Assembly: GCF_035084215.1 (NCBI RefSeq)
Contig: NC_090361.1
Span: 11,036,001-11,100,000, forward strand
Direction: 5' to 3'
DNA: 64,000 bases
Source of the DNA: Heptranchias perlo
Lineage: Eukaryota
A model generated the notes under the pieces. The model was not told the origin of the DNA. It did not search any database and was given only the letters and a program-made list of their open reading frames with translations. The translations under genes were made by a program, and so were the position numbers. Below, piece by piece: positions 1-12,100 of the stretch (position 1 is the stretch's first letter; every line of letters starts with the position of its first letter).

Positions 1-343
1 TGCACTGCAGTGATTCACCAAGGCTTCTTCGACAGCGCCTCCCAAACCCGCGACTTCTACCACCTAGATGGACAAGGGCAGCAGATGCACGGGAACACCA
101 CCATTTGCATGTTCCCCTCCGAGTCACACACGATCCTGATTTGGAAATATATCACCGTTCCTTCATCGTGGCTGGGTCAAAATCCTGGAACTCCCTACCT
201 AACAGCACTGTGGGAGTACCTTCACCACGGACTACAGCGGTTCAAGAAGGTGGCTCACTATCACCTTCTCGAGGGCAATTAGGGATGGACAATAAATGCT
301 GGCCTTGCTAGCGATGCCCACATCCCATGAGTGAATTAAAAAA
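1..343 (+). mobile_element. 3' end of a non-LTR retrotransposon (LINE), truncated by the window edge
   Basis: Frames give SF..AGSKSWNSLPNSTVGVP and GLQRFKKVAHYHLLEGN*, typical LINE ORF2 C-terminus, followed by a short 3' UTR ending in an A-run; a degenerate reverse fragment occurs at ~6550-6610. Confidence 0.75.
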
Positions 344-1559
344 ATGCAGTTGGAGGTCATGGAGACAGAGAGATAAGGCTAAGGAGGGACATAAAGGAGA
401 GGACAAGAATCGTAACATCACCTGTCTGGGACACAAGCAACTAGTGGAGCTGGGCAAGGGAAAGGCAATAGGGATGCAAACCTTCGTGCAGGCGAGATGT
501 CTAGCTTCAAGGTGATGAAGGCATAGATTAGGATTCCAGTGGCAAAGACGGAGACATTGCATTTACTCTCAGCCATCAGGGAAAGTTACTTTTCCTATAG
601 TTTTAAATCATATATAAAGATGTACACAGATCTTAAATACTTTGTGTTCTTACCAAGTAAAATGATCATCTTCTATGTACCGGTAACAAATGCTGTTTCA
701 TATTTTTTTCCCCTCTATCCCTCCCCATCAGATTTCTTCTTGCCTTACCTCTACTGAAGGCAACAACATATGCTGGATACAGCTCAAGGAGAAGCCCCAA
801 CTGAATCTGAATATCAAGTACCAGTAGACCATTCAACAATGGTCCATGGAGAGCATGAAATCAATGCTCACTCTGTTGAGCCAGAATCCATATTCATATT
901 AAAAAAGGAATCCTAGCCAGTCTTCCCTATTCTAATCAGGAACACAAACCAACTGGAGCACAACTGTGGTCATGGACCCTCCTAGCCAAGATCTTCAAAG
1001 ACAGATCAGGGATTTGTCCTCGATGTTTTCTCAAACAGTATAATTTAACCCCCTGACCGAGAGGAGCTCGCCAATATAAAATAATACCCCTTTAAAAAAC
1101 AAAGGCAACACTTAAGCATCAAGCAGCCATCTTTGCCATATTTCTAAAGCCTGCAGCATTGAAACTCAATGTATCCTAATACCCTCGGTTGCTAAATCTT
1201 GTGGAAGAGCAAGACTGCATTGGGAGCCAAGGTAATGTAAAAAATAGCCCTACAAACGTGACAGCAGCCTACTACAACATCAAGATTTTATTTTTAGAAT
1301 ATATAATTCGTGCACATCTTTCCCGGAGCACCTGCAACCTTCAGTGCTACAGGCTATCTACCCAGTTTAGCAAAATGTTCTTACAATCTAAAAGAATACC
1401 TAGGTTAGATAAAATGCACATGTAAAGGCAAACGTGTTGAGGAGGGAGTACGATTAGAATAGTTGATCAGGAAAGACAAATGTCAACTGCCTATGTGAAT
1501 TTCCAGTGCATGTTTCAGAAAGTCACGCCACTAGATTTTTGTCCCAGTTTTATCCCCAA

Positions 1560-2620
1560 TATGCACGGCTTGGACGCGGGCGCGCGCATGAGTCACTTTT
1601 TGACCAGAGCGCGCCCGCGCACACGGCGCGGGGCGCGCGCGCTACTGGAACAATCCACGCTGATTAGGTGCCGCCATTTTGTAGCGTCTTGAGAAATTTT
1701 AAAATCCTCCAGCCTAGGCCTCGAAACATTCATCGAGCATCGGGAAACGAACTTTCTTTTCAAAAAAAAACAAGACACACATCGCCAAAATAAATTATAG
1801 GCGAATAAAAGAAATGATTTAGAATCGAAATACTTAAACCGCCCATGCGAACACTGATCGTGAACGATTTACTTCAAGATCGAATAACTGTTCCTACCTA
1901 TTAAAAAAAATGTAGGAGCTAAATATTTCGATACACGACCTTTTTAAAAAGAAAACGGAATAAAAGCCAAGTCGTTTTAAAAAAAAATACGACATAACCC
2001 CAAAAGCGTTGAAGCAACCTAACGTAGTAGTATTGATTGACACCCCATTCAACCAATCGTGCAGGAGCATTCACGACACGAGCGGGCCTCCAGCCAATCA
2101 GGGAATTCGTGGGTTGGACAACTAATACCAACACGTTAGGTTGGCTTCACATTAGCATGACGCGCCTGAGGCGGAAATTAAAATCATTTTTGTTTTCCTA
2201 CACGCACAAAAATAACTCTTTCCCCCTTAAAAGCGGAACTTATTAAAGACGTCTCTGTAAACAGAATGAGAACCGTTTTAAAAAGTTAGAGAAAACCGTT
2301 TTAACGCTTACCCGAGTACCAAGAATCCATTTTGATTTCGTTGAATTCAAAAAAGCCCTTGCCCCGCTCCTGCAGAATTTTCTAGCTCCGGAAGAACCGC
2401 CCACCGCCGCTGATTGGTGTGTTCTGTGAGCCGACTCAGGGCAGCAACCGATCTCTGATTGGTAGCACGAAACCGTCAATCAGATTACGTCTTGCTGTTA
2501 ATTTGCATAATAAGATGCGAGCTGAAAGTTGCTACGTTCGTTCGCTTAAAAGTGCAACTACCCTTCCACGAACGATGGGCACTGCGGGGACCGGAGTGCA
2601 TCCTCCATCGGGGGAATTAG
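1560..2620 (-). promoter_or_regulatory. CpG island / promoter and intron-1 regulatory region of a minus-strand gene (CCAAT, GC box, ETS, NF-Y+PBX/PREP composite, YY1)
   Basis: High CpG density; minus strand reads CCAATC-GGGCGG-TTCCGG upstream of the ATG at 2330; TGATTGACA-N8-AACCAATC at 2034-2058; YY1 GCCGCCATTTTG at 1670-1681. Confidence 0.8.
2312..2330 (-). CDS. Putative first coding exon (MDSWYS+G) of a third AKAP95-family paralog, divergent from gene A; remaining exons beyond the left edge
   Basis: Minus strand caaaATG GAT TCT TGG TAC TCG G|GTAAGC: same 19-nt length, phase-1 donor and MDxxYx pattern as exon 1 of genes A and B. Confidence 0.65.
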
Positions 2621-3230
2621 ATTATTTTTTGACCTCGTTTATTTGTTTTTTTCTTTGGGTCTGATTTGTGGGTTTTAAAAAATTATTTTTAAAAATTCAA
2701 GTTACTACTTAACCCCCCCCCCTTTCAAAAAAAGGGGACCTGAATTAAAAGAGTAGTCGACGTCAGGAATAATATTATGATTTAATTTGATAAGTTTTCT
2801 TTATCTTTTTGGGTGATTATTGTTTGTGGTCCTCTAAAACGGGTGCACTTTAGTTGATTTGGGTTATTATTATGGGTTGCACATAAAAGAGGAGAAATCG
2901 GTTTCCATAGCAACTTATGTTCAGGTATCTGGGGGGAAAAGTGCAGCTACTGTTGTTAGTTTGTTGTTCATGGAGCAGATCTGTATGGTCCATGGTTTAT
3001 TAGATGTATTTATTAATTGTAACTTTGCATATGTGCAATGGCTACAAAGATTTCCGTGATTGGTGGGCACCGCAAGGACTGGAGTGCATCCCCGATCAGG
3101 AGAATGAAATTATTATTTGACCTTGTTTTATTTATTTTGATTCTAAATGTGTTGTTTTTAAATATATGAAGTTACACCCTTACCGCCCCCCCCCCCACAC
3201 ACACTTATAAAAGGGGGGCCTGAACCAAAA
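2576..3230. repeat. Local imperfect direct duplication of ~170 bp (2576-2750 and 3064-3230)
   Basis: Both copies read tgggcac.gc..ggac.ggagtgcatcc..atc.gg.gaat..attatt.tttgacct.gttt followed by polyC and gggg.cctgaa. Confidence 0.75.
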
Positions 3231-3559
3231 AAAGTTACAACCTTTCCATTGGCTCCCAAGACGACACTGACTAACTGTGATCGGTTTAGTAGTCCTGAAC
3301 TCAAACACAGCAGGCAGGTCCCAAGTTCAATTCTTGGCTTTTGTTAAATCAACTGGGTGATTGGGAACTAGTGATAATTGGGCTTAGTATTTGCTGGGAC
3401 ACAAACATTATAAAAGAGATATGGCAACATGGTGGACACGTGGCATTGGGATGTCTGCTCACGTAGATAAACACCAACAGAGCCTGGTTGGGCCAAATGC
3501 CTCTTTTCATATTGTCATTTTTATGTAATTCTCTAAAGAATACCTCTTTGGACATAGAA

Positions 3560-3875
3560 AAAAAAGAAAGACTTGCATTTATATAGCATCGTTCACAAGC
3601 TCAGAGTGTCCCAAAGCGCTTTGCAGCCAAATAAATACTTTTGAAGTGTAGTCACTATTGTAATTTAGGAAATGCGGCAGCCAATTTGCACACAGCAAGC
3701 GCCCACAAACAGCAATGTGAAAATGACCACACAATCTGCTTTAGTGATGTTGGTTGAGGGATAAATATTGGCCAGGACACCGGGGAGAATCTCCTCTGCT
3801 CCTCTTCGAAATAATGCCATGGGATCTTTTATCTCCACCTGAAAGGGCAGATGGGGCCTTGATTTAATGTCTCAC
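3560..3875 (-). mobile_element. Deu-domain SINE with L2-like tail (SacSINE1-like), partial
   Basis: aaagacttgcatttatatagc tail and body matching the copies at 17185-17628 and 44340-44775. Confidence 0.75.
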
Positions 3876-3989
3876 TCTGAGACACAAAAAACGTCCATGG
3901 AAGCATATCCGACCATAAGTTACTGCCTTAAGAAGAGGAGGGGGAGGGAGAAATTGTCATGGGCGTTTATAAGATAGTATGCAACAGCA

Positions 3990-4180
3990 ACAACAAAACA
4001 GTTTGCAATGATATAATGCCTTTAACGCAGGAAAAGCATCACAGAATCAAAAAAATAGATGCCAAGACAACAAAGGAGATATTAGGAGAGTCCAAAAAAA
4101 AAAGGTTGGTTCTAAGGAGGGTCTTAAAGGAGGAGAGGGAGGTGGAGAGGCAGAGGGGTTTCAGAAGGTGCAGCTCAAAA
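3990..4180 (-). mobile_element. L2-clade LINE 3' fragment
   Basis: ggagatattagga..gtcttaaaggaggagagggaggtggagaggcagag resembles the L2 copies at 48362 and 59461. Confidence 0.55.
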
Positions 4181-5219
4181 GCTATATTTTTAGCTTAAAA
4201 TTAAAAAACATAGAAGCCCGTAAGCAGGCAAGCAAGTAACAGGTCATAGAGCGAGGAAGCGAGCAACCTGATGGTCAGTGAAATGGCATAGCAATATATC
4301 TTAATGCTCCCACTTTTTCCCTCCGTTGATCCAAGTCATATCATGCTGCAAAGATCACTCACTATTACGCAGCACCATGGAATTTGTACAATATGCATAT
4401 AACAATGTAAGATTGATGTATGGTATCCAAGGGACAAATGCAAATTTTAAATAAATGCATTTTATGCTATTTTAAAGGGGCACCATTTTGTTGAAAGGAG
4501 ACAATCAAGTGTCAATTTCATAACAATATTGTCATGTTTTCCACAAATTGTGTCAATATCTTCTCATTTATTGAGTGGACAATTTTTTGTTAAACACATT
4601 GCCCTTTTACTTTCTTAGCCAATCCATCAGCTTGGAAAACCGTTTCCCTTTAAATATGGTACTGCTATTCCATGAGTAGCAAATGTTGGACGGTTCGGTT
4701 AGGGTAAAATTAACGTAATGGGGATATTTAATTTTAATCAGGGAGACACTGGAGGAGTAGATCAAAGATTAGCATGAGGTTTCCCCAATGACAGTGCACA
4801 CAAACCAGAAGATCCCAGGTTCAGTCCTGTATACAGAGTTATCTGACCTCAAGTGAGGTGTGACAATTAGCCTCTAACCTGGATATTGTATATCATAATT
4901 TAATAGATACTTGCACACGTGGTGGTCCACATGGCTTCTTTTTTTCGGCTGCATTTACATGAATCGAGCTGGAAGCATACTTTGGATCTTGCTACTTTCT
5001 GGGGCTCAGTACCATTCACTCCCCCAGACGATAGGATACCTCATTTCTATTAGTATACAAATTGTCAATCAAGTGAAAAGCATTTAAGTTGATCCCCCCC
5101 CCCTTTCTCTGCTAATGTAAGTGTATAAAACAAAAAAAAGTGTTTCCCAGGCGATAACAGATTGTTAATAAATTTATTTCAATTAAAAAGGCAAGTGGTA
5201 CCACGTTCTGCACCTCATT

Positions 5220-6180
5220 GGAGAGGGAGAGGGAGAGGGAGGGGGCGGGAGCGCGTGTGTGTTGGCGCGGACACGTGACGAGTGCGCGCCCCACGTGACC
5301 CACGCAATCGCGCGGGCCCCACGTGACCCATCCGCCCAAGCATTTGTGACGTCACCAAGGCCCGAGCGTTTCTTTCTGAAGCCGGATCACAATGGACGGT
5401 CGCTACGGAGGTTAGTAGAATCGGGTCTTTCTCGGCGTTCTGTGCATTCATAAAGCTCGTGAATCTTATTTTACTATTTTTTTTGCTAATGGTTAAAAGA
5501 TCATTTCTTTTAATGGCGCTCTCGACGTTTGCTTTCTAATAATTTGGGGATTGGAGACTACCTTGCTGCTGTAGCACGTCCCTCCTCTGCTTGGTTGATT
5601 GGTTGAGCTGCTGTCGTTGCTCCATGGGATTGGTTAAGGGCGCTGTCAATCATCGCCAGTCAAGTTTGATTGCTCCGGCAGAGGGAGGTCCGACATTGCT
5701 TTTTATTCCAGTACCGTACTTGCATTCGTTTTAAAAAAAAATAAAAACGGGTGGGTGCAGCTGGGCCGGGTAAAAATAATCAAATCCCTAAAGTTCAAAA
5801 AAAATATGAATCCGGACAAATGCGCGCTATGTGGCGCGCGCCTCCCACGTGTGGTTTGCGATCTTAAATGGCGTTTTTTAAAAAAAATTAAACTGCGGCG
5901 TATTTCCCCCCCCCCCCCCCCTCGGGCAGTGGGATCGCGCCCCGGCCCTGGTTTGGTTTTTGTTTTCAATTTTATTAACGCTGCCTGTTTGTTTGTGGCG
6001 GGAGGATGGCGGCTGGTTTGAGTCTGTTTCTCTTTCTTTCCCCCCCCCCCCCCGGTCTGCTCGCTCTCAAACGCCACAAAATGGCGGCGGCCGCCTCCTC
6101 CTCCCCCCCCCCCCCCCCCACCAGAGCGCGCGCTCGCACTCTCTCTCGCGCGCGCACACAATCTTTGGATTCCTTAACTG
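5220..6180 (+). promoter_or_regulatory. CpG-island promoter and intron-1 regulatory region of gene A
   Basis: GC box; CACGTGAC E-boxes at 5272, 5292, 5320; CRE TGACGTCA 5347-5354; GATTGGTT-N8-TGTCAATCA 5628-5652; YY1 CAAAATGGCGGC 6077-6088. Confidence 0.85.
5392..5410 (+). CDS. akap8l: Gene A exon 1 (MDGRYG+G)
   Basis: acaATG GAC GGT CGC TAC GGA G|gttagt; resembles mammalian AKAP8 start MDQGYG. Confidence 0.85.
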
Positions 6181-9100
6181 GCATGTTGCGCGCCTTTTGA
6201 AGAAGCCCTGCAGCAATCTGGGCCCATTTCCTTAAAATCATAGAATGATACAGCACAGAGGGAGGCCATCGTGCCTGTGCCGGCTTTTGGAACGAGCTAA
6301 TCAATTGCTCCCTCCCCCCCCATTGCCCTGCAATTTTTTCCCCCCTTCAAGTATTCTCTTTTTAAAATATATTATTGAATCTGCTCCCACTACCCTTTCA
6401 GGCAGTATTAAGCCCTCGAACTCTACTTCATTTTCTCTTTTTTTTGTTTTTTTGCTTACTCCTTTTCTGGCCCAGCCTGCAGCAACTTCGGTGTCTCAAG
6501 TGGCCGTTTTTATTTTATTTTTAAAAAGCTTATGATGCGGGTAATGCTGATTGCCCATCCCTAATTCCTTGAGAAAATGCTGGTGGGCCTTTGCTGCAGT
6601 CCCTGTGATGGTGTTTACATTGGTGGCACTTGTTGTCTGTGTTCCCCCATTCTTAATTGTGAGTATAATGATTATTCCCTGGCTTTTGGGCTGTGGAAGG
6701 GTATTGCTGGTGTTCCTGATCCTGTCCCTTGCTATGCAAGTGTCAGGAGAGAGAACCCTGTATAATTTTTTTTCTGACTGAGAGTTATAGAAGCTAATTG
6801 AAATGTCTCCTACTATTTTTCTAAGATCAACCAATTTGACAGAGGGGTCAAACTGCCTTGGCTCAATATCTCATTTTGAATTTTGGGGAGATCCCATTGC
6901 CACTTCAATTTGTTTAGTGAATTCTTTGCCCCACTCCTTTTACCCTGCCACCACGCCAGGTTTCTGAGGCCAAAAAGCTGACTGGCTTCAAGATCAATGT
7001 TGACCTGTAATTGACTGCCAAGAGATGTGGGAATGGTCAGTGTTGCTTCACCCCTTCACTATGTCTTTTCTTCCCTGTAGGAAAAAACAGCAGCTTGCAT
7101 TTATAATGTAAAATATACCTTTCCTTTTCATGTCTTTTAGGTGTTTGAGATTAGGACAGTGTTGGGCAGAAATGTGGTTGCAGCAATACAACCCACCAGT
7201 TTTTGGTGATACACTTGATGCTAGGCTGTTTGTATAGTTTTGTTGAGTTTTTATTTGAATTTAATACAGTTTCAATGAGATTTGTGTCTTTATTTATTGG
7301 TTTAGCTGGTATGATCTTTGAGGCAAGCACTTGTTTTGTGGTGTAACCAACTTGTGTTTTATATCCTGAATTACAAGAAACTGACATTTTGACAGCAAAA
7401 TTGTCCACTGCCAAACTGGTGAATACTTGACATTTTAAAATGTGTTCAAAACATTGTTTATGATGCTAAGATGTTTATGTAGTGTACTTGGGAAATGCCA
7501 CTTGTGTAGTGACTGTTCCAATGACAATCCATATTCTGTATTACCATAATTTTGTTTTCTCCCCTCCTGTACTGCACCAGGTTGTGTATTTGTCAGTTAA
7601 ACCAGCAGGATAGCTTTTATCATGTTATGAATCATGTAGACTTCAAGAGGATATAGACAGGCTGGGGGCATCGGCAGACACATGGCAGATGAATTTTAAC
7701 ACAGAAAAATGTGAAGTGATACATTTCAGTAGGAAGAATGAGGAGAGGCAATATAAACTAGAGGGCACAACTCTAAAAGGGGTACAGGAACTGAGATCTG
7801 GGGGTATATGTACACAAATCGTTTAAGGTGGCAGGGCAGGTTGAGAAAGCAGTTAAAAAAGCTTACTGGAATCTGGGCTTTATAAATAGAGGCAAAGAGT
7901 GCAAAAGTATGAAAGTCATGATGAATCTTTATAAAACACTGATTTGGCCACAACTGGAGTATTGTGTCCTGTTCTGAGCACCACACTTTAGGAAAGATGT
8001 GAAGCCCTTAGAGAGGGTGCAGAAGAGATTTACTGGAATGATTCCAGGGATAAGGGACTTTAGGTGGATAGACTGGAAAAGCTGGGGTTGTTCTCCTTGG
8101 AACAGAGATGGTTGCGAGGAGATTTGATAGAGGTATTCAAAATCATGAAGGGTCTAGATAGAGAGAATAGAGAAACTGTTCCCATTGGCGGAAGGGTCAA
8201 GATCCAGAAGACATAGATTTGAGGTGATTGGCAAAAGAATCAAAGGTGATGTGAGGAAAAACTTTTTTACACAGAGTGGTTAGGATCTGAATGCACTGCC
8301 CAAGGTGGGTGGTGGGGGCAGATTCAATCATGGCCTTCAAAAGGGAAGTGGATAAGTACTTGAAAGGAAAAAAATTGCAGGGCTACGGGGGGTTAGGATG
8401 GGGGAGTGGGACTAGCTGAATTGCTCTTGCATAGAGCCGGTGCGGACTATGGGCCAAATGGCCTCCTTCTATGTTGTAACCTTTCTGATTCTATGTGTAA
8501 CCCTATCCATGTGAATTCCTGAAGATATGTTCTTCAAAGTTTTCTTTCTGGTACCTGTAAAAACAAAACTACAGCTCTGTCCACTTATGGTCCCAACAGC
8601 TTGAGACGTGTTATGGTCCACCCAGCATTCAGTCATCTCAATCTGCACTTGGAATATATAACTTTCATTCCCATTTTTTGTGTTATTGTAACAAGCCAGG
8701 GTGAAAAGGGAAAACTGTTTACTGCACAAGGGTCTGTGACAATGTTGAGACCTTGGTGATATTAAATTGTCCCCTCCAAAAAATGTTTAATTGGATGTTG
8801 TAGTTTCTGTCGCTGACGTCTGCATTTTAGGTTCCTACTGGCTATTGTCCTGATACTTAAAAACAGTTGTAAACCCATGCAAAAGACCATTATCACTTAC
8901 ATGTTTATTTTGAGCAGTTCATCTCATTGGAATGGTAGCTGTAGTATGAGAAATGGAGATTAAAGTTTAATAGCTTCCCTCACCTCTGTGTCTCCTTTCC
9001 CTGAGACATTGAGTGATGCTGATGTATGGTTGCCTTATGGCACGTTGGCCAGGTGGGCGTTCTTTGCATGCAAACTTAGACATTAAATGTTAATGGGGTA

Positions 9101-12100
9101 TTCAAGAATAGAGCATCGCAGCCAAGCCTGTTGTGTTTTGCTATCATTCAACCACATACATTTGCACTTTCCAGCAAGGTGAACGGATAGCTTATCAATA
9201 AAGGGATTCTGACTTTTTTCTTTTTCTAATGTTGAGCATTGAATCTCCATTACTGCACTGATTCAAGTGAGCTGATTCATCAAAACTAGACCAGACTCTG
9301 TAGCATCCCAGTTCTTTAAGCCTTGTGCTATTTCTTACTCCAGAATAAGTCACTGGAAAGCTATTGTGAGTACTTGGGTAGTTTATGGCAGGAAGATTGA
9401 ATGATCTATGGCATTGTTGAAGAATGAGCTCTTATTTTTTCTGCTTCCTCATAAAGCAAATTTGTACGGATTTGAATTCTGAGGTAAACAGAACTGCTTA
9501 GATCATGGAAATTTGCTTTTTCTGTAGTTCATTAGAATAGTAATTATGCTCTGTAACGATGCTGAGTAGAGTGATAAATTGGGAGAGGTAGAACAATCTT
9601 GGCAGTTTATCCCCAGAAGCACTTGCTGAGAGTGGGACAGTAACTAATCATTAGATTAACAGATGATGTATGGCTAGTAAGCAGTCCCTAATTTTTTTGG
9701 AGAATATTGTGCTCAAGATGAACGATGTTAGTGCAGGGGGAATTATTTTGAGCACCCAATATTGGCATTAAGCACTCCCAGGTGTTGCTCCATTATCCAA
9801 CTGCTTGTTCAACATCAAGACCTGGATGAGCCGAGATTTGCTTCAGTTTAATGTCTGCAAAACCAGTGCCATTTTGGTTCTATCCAGCACGTGTGTGCGC
9901 TTGACTCCCATCATACTCTGGCTGTCGCCTTGGCTGATTCAATAGGTATGCAACCTCAGTACTGCGGTTGGATTCGTTCCACACATCCACTCCATTACTA
10001 AGATTGTGTTCTTCCACCTCGGTTGCCTTGTCCACCTCCACCCTTAATTCACCCTACCTCATGGCCACTGAAACAACAGTCCATTACCTTGTGGCTTGAC
10101 TTTTCCAACCAGCTTCCCATCCTCAACCCCTTCCGAGTTACAACCCAGAATACTGCAATGCTTGCTAAGTCTTGTTCTCCCATTACCCCTGTCCTCAACA
10201 TGCTTGACTGGATTCTGTCTGCTCCAGTGAGTTGACTTCAAAATTATCATTCCCTTTCAAATTCTGTCCTGGCAAATATTTATCCCTCAACCAACATTAC
10301 TAAAATAGATTATCTGGTCATTATCACCTTGCTATATGCAAATTGGCTGTTGTGTTTCCTACATTACAATGATGACTACACTTTGAAAGTGCTTCATTGG
10401 CTGTAATATGCTTTGGGATGTCCTGAAAGTGCTATATAAGTGCAAGTTTTTAAAAAAATCCATCTATGTTCTCACCCCATTTTACCATTGTGTTACACAC
10501 ACCCTCTGCTCCACTGTCGATCGTTCAGGCATACACTGGAATTCCCTTCCAAGTTCTCTCTGCTTTGCCACCGAACTGCCTTCTTTCAAAAAAAAAATTT
10601 TCTTCCAGTCCTGTCCACCCCACTCTGGCACCTTAACCCCTGTCTGTTTTTCTATTTTCCCTTTCCTGCTTGGTGTCCACTGTTTCGCCCTCCACTTTGT
10701 TACATCTGCCTGCATCTGAAGTACAGAAATGCTGTTGCAAGGTTATCTGCAGAGTGAAGCTCCCTCTCGTCTGTCTCAACAACATATCTCAGCCCAACTT
10801 CAGAAGAACACTGCTTACTGTACTGAAATTTTCCCAGTTCCTAGCTCTCCTTTGGCCTTTGAATAAGATTACCAATTTAGAGTGGTGTAAGCAGCAGTTT
10901 TGTGTTGTATGCCCACTACAAATTGGTTAAGATGCTAAATGTATATGCAGAGATCTTGCAGTTAACCTATAGAGAATTTCATTCCATCAGCCTTGGATGT
11001 GGGTTGACATCTGACCCAAAAGTGAAAGACCAGAGTTTAACATACTGTACCATCCAGTCGCCGTAGGCCCACAATCTTAAAAGTAGTACTCTACTGGTTA
11101 CGAATGTAATGAGCCAGTGATTCTATACTGGCTTGGTTGCAATTTTGTGAATTGGAATAGGTGCTAATATTTTGTGATTTTAATCACGTGTGCCTATTCC
11201 AGGATGATAGTCCATTAGAATAGTATCTATAGTTTCCAACATTGCAGATTGCAAGGACAAAGATAGAACAGGAGTAAAAGTTCTAAATTGGGGAAAGGCC
11301 AATTTTACTAGCTGAGAAGTGATCTAGCAAAAGTGGACTGGAAAAAGCTACTTGAAGGTAAATCAGCATCAGAGCAGTGGGAGGCATTCAAGGGGTTCAG
11401 AGTAAACATGTTCCTGCAAAGAAAAAGGGTGGGATCGCCAAATCTAGAGCCCCCCTGGATGACAAGGAACATACAGGGTAAGATGAGGCAAAAAAGGAAA
11501 GCTTATGTCAGACACAGCGCTCTATACTAGAGAAAGCCGAGAGGAGTATAGAAAGTGCAGGGGTGAAATTAAAAAAGGAAATTAGGAAAGCAAAGAGAGG
11601 GCATGAAAAAATACTGGCAATTAAAATTAAGGAAAACTCATACATAAAGAGCAAGAGGATAACTAAGGAAGGAGTAGGGCCTATTAGAGACGAAAAAGGT
11701 AACCTATGTGTGGAGGTGGAAAATGTGGGTATAGTTCTTAACTAATACTTTGCATCTGTTTTCACAGAAGAGGGGGACGATGCAGAGATTGTGGCTGAGG
11801 AGGAGTGGAAATATTGGATGGGACAAACATGAGTGAGGAAGTATTAAGGGGTTTAGCATCTTTAGTTAAATCACCAGGCCTGGATGAAATGTATCCCAGG
11901 CTGCTAAGAGAAGCAAGGGAGGAAATAGTGGAGGCTCTGACCATTGTTTTCCAATCCTCCCTGGCTACAGGCATGGTGCCAGAGGATTGGAGGACTGCTA
12001 AGGTTGTACCGTTGTTTAAAAAGGAAGAAAGAGATAGATCGAGTAATTATAGGCCAGCCATTCCAACCTCGTTGGGCAAATTATTGGAATCGATTCTGAG

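Noticed and set aside
745-830. Minus-strand GAG|GTAAGG donor as possible exon 2 of the third paralog
   Set aside because: Phase-1 reading from nearby acceptors hits TGA, there is no YG..WN motif, and it lies in old repeat-like sequence
6081-6200. ATG GCG GCG GCC ([12 protein letters not shown]) as start codon of gene A
   Set aside because: It is the YY1 motif core inside intron 1; the frame closes at 6200 and the homologous start is at 5392
5703-6304. Long Gly/Pro/Arg-rich ORFs on both strands
   Set aside because: By-product of CpG-island composition and polyC runs
6551-6781. Hydrophobic 76-aa ORF resembling a small membrane protein
   Set aside because: Non-ATG start, begins in a reverse LINE tail fragment, GT/T-rich intron sequence, no splice support
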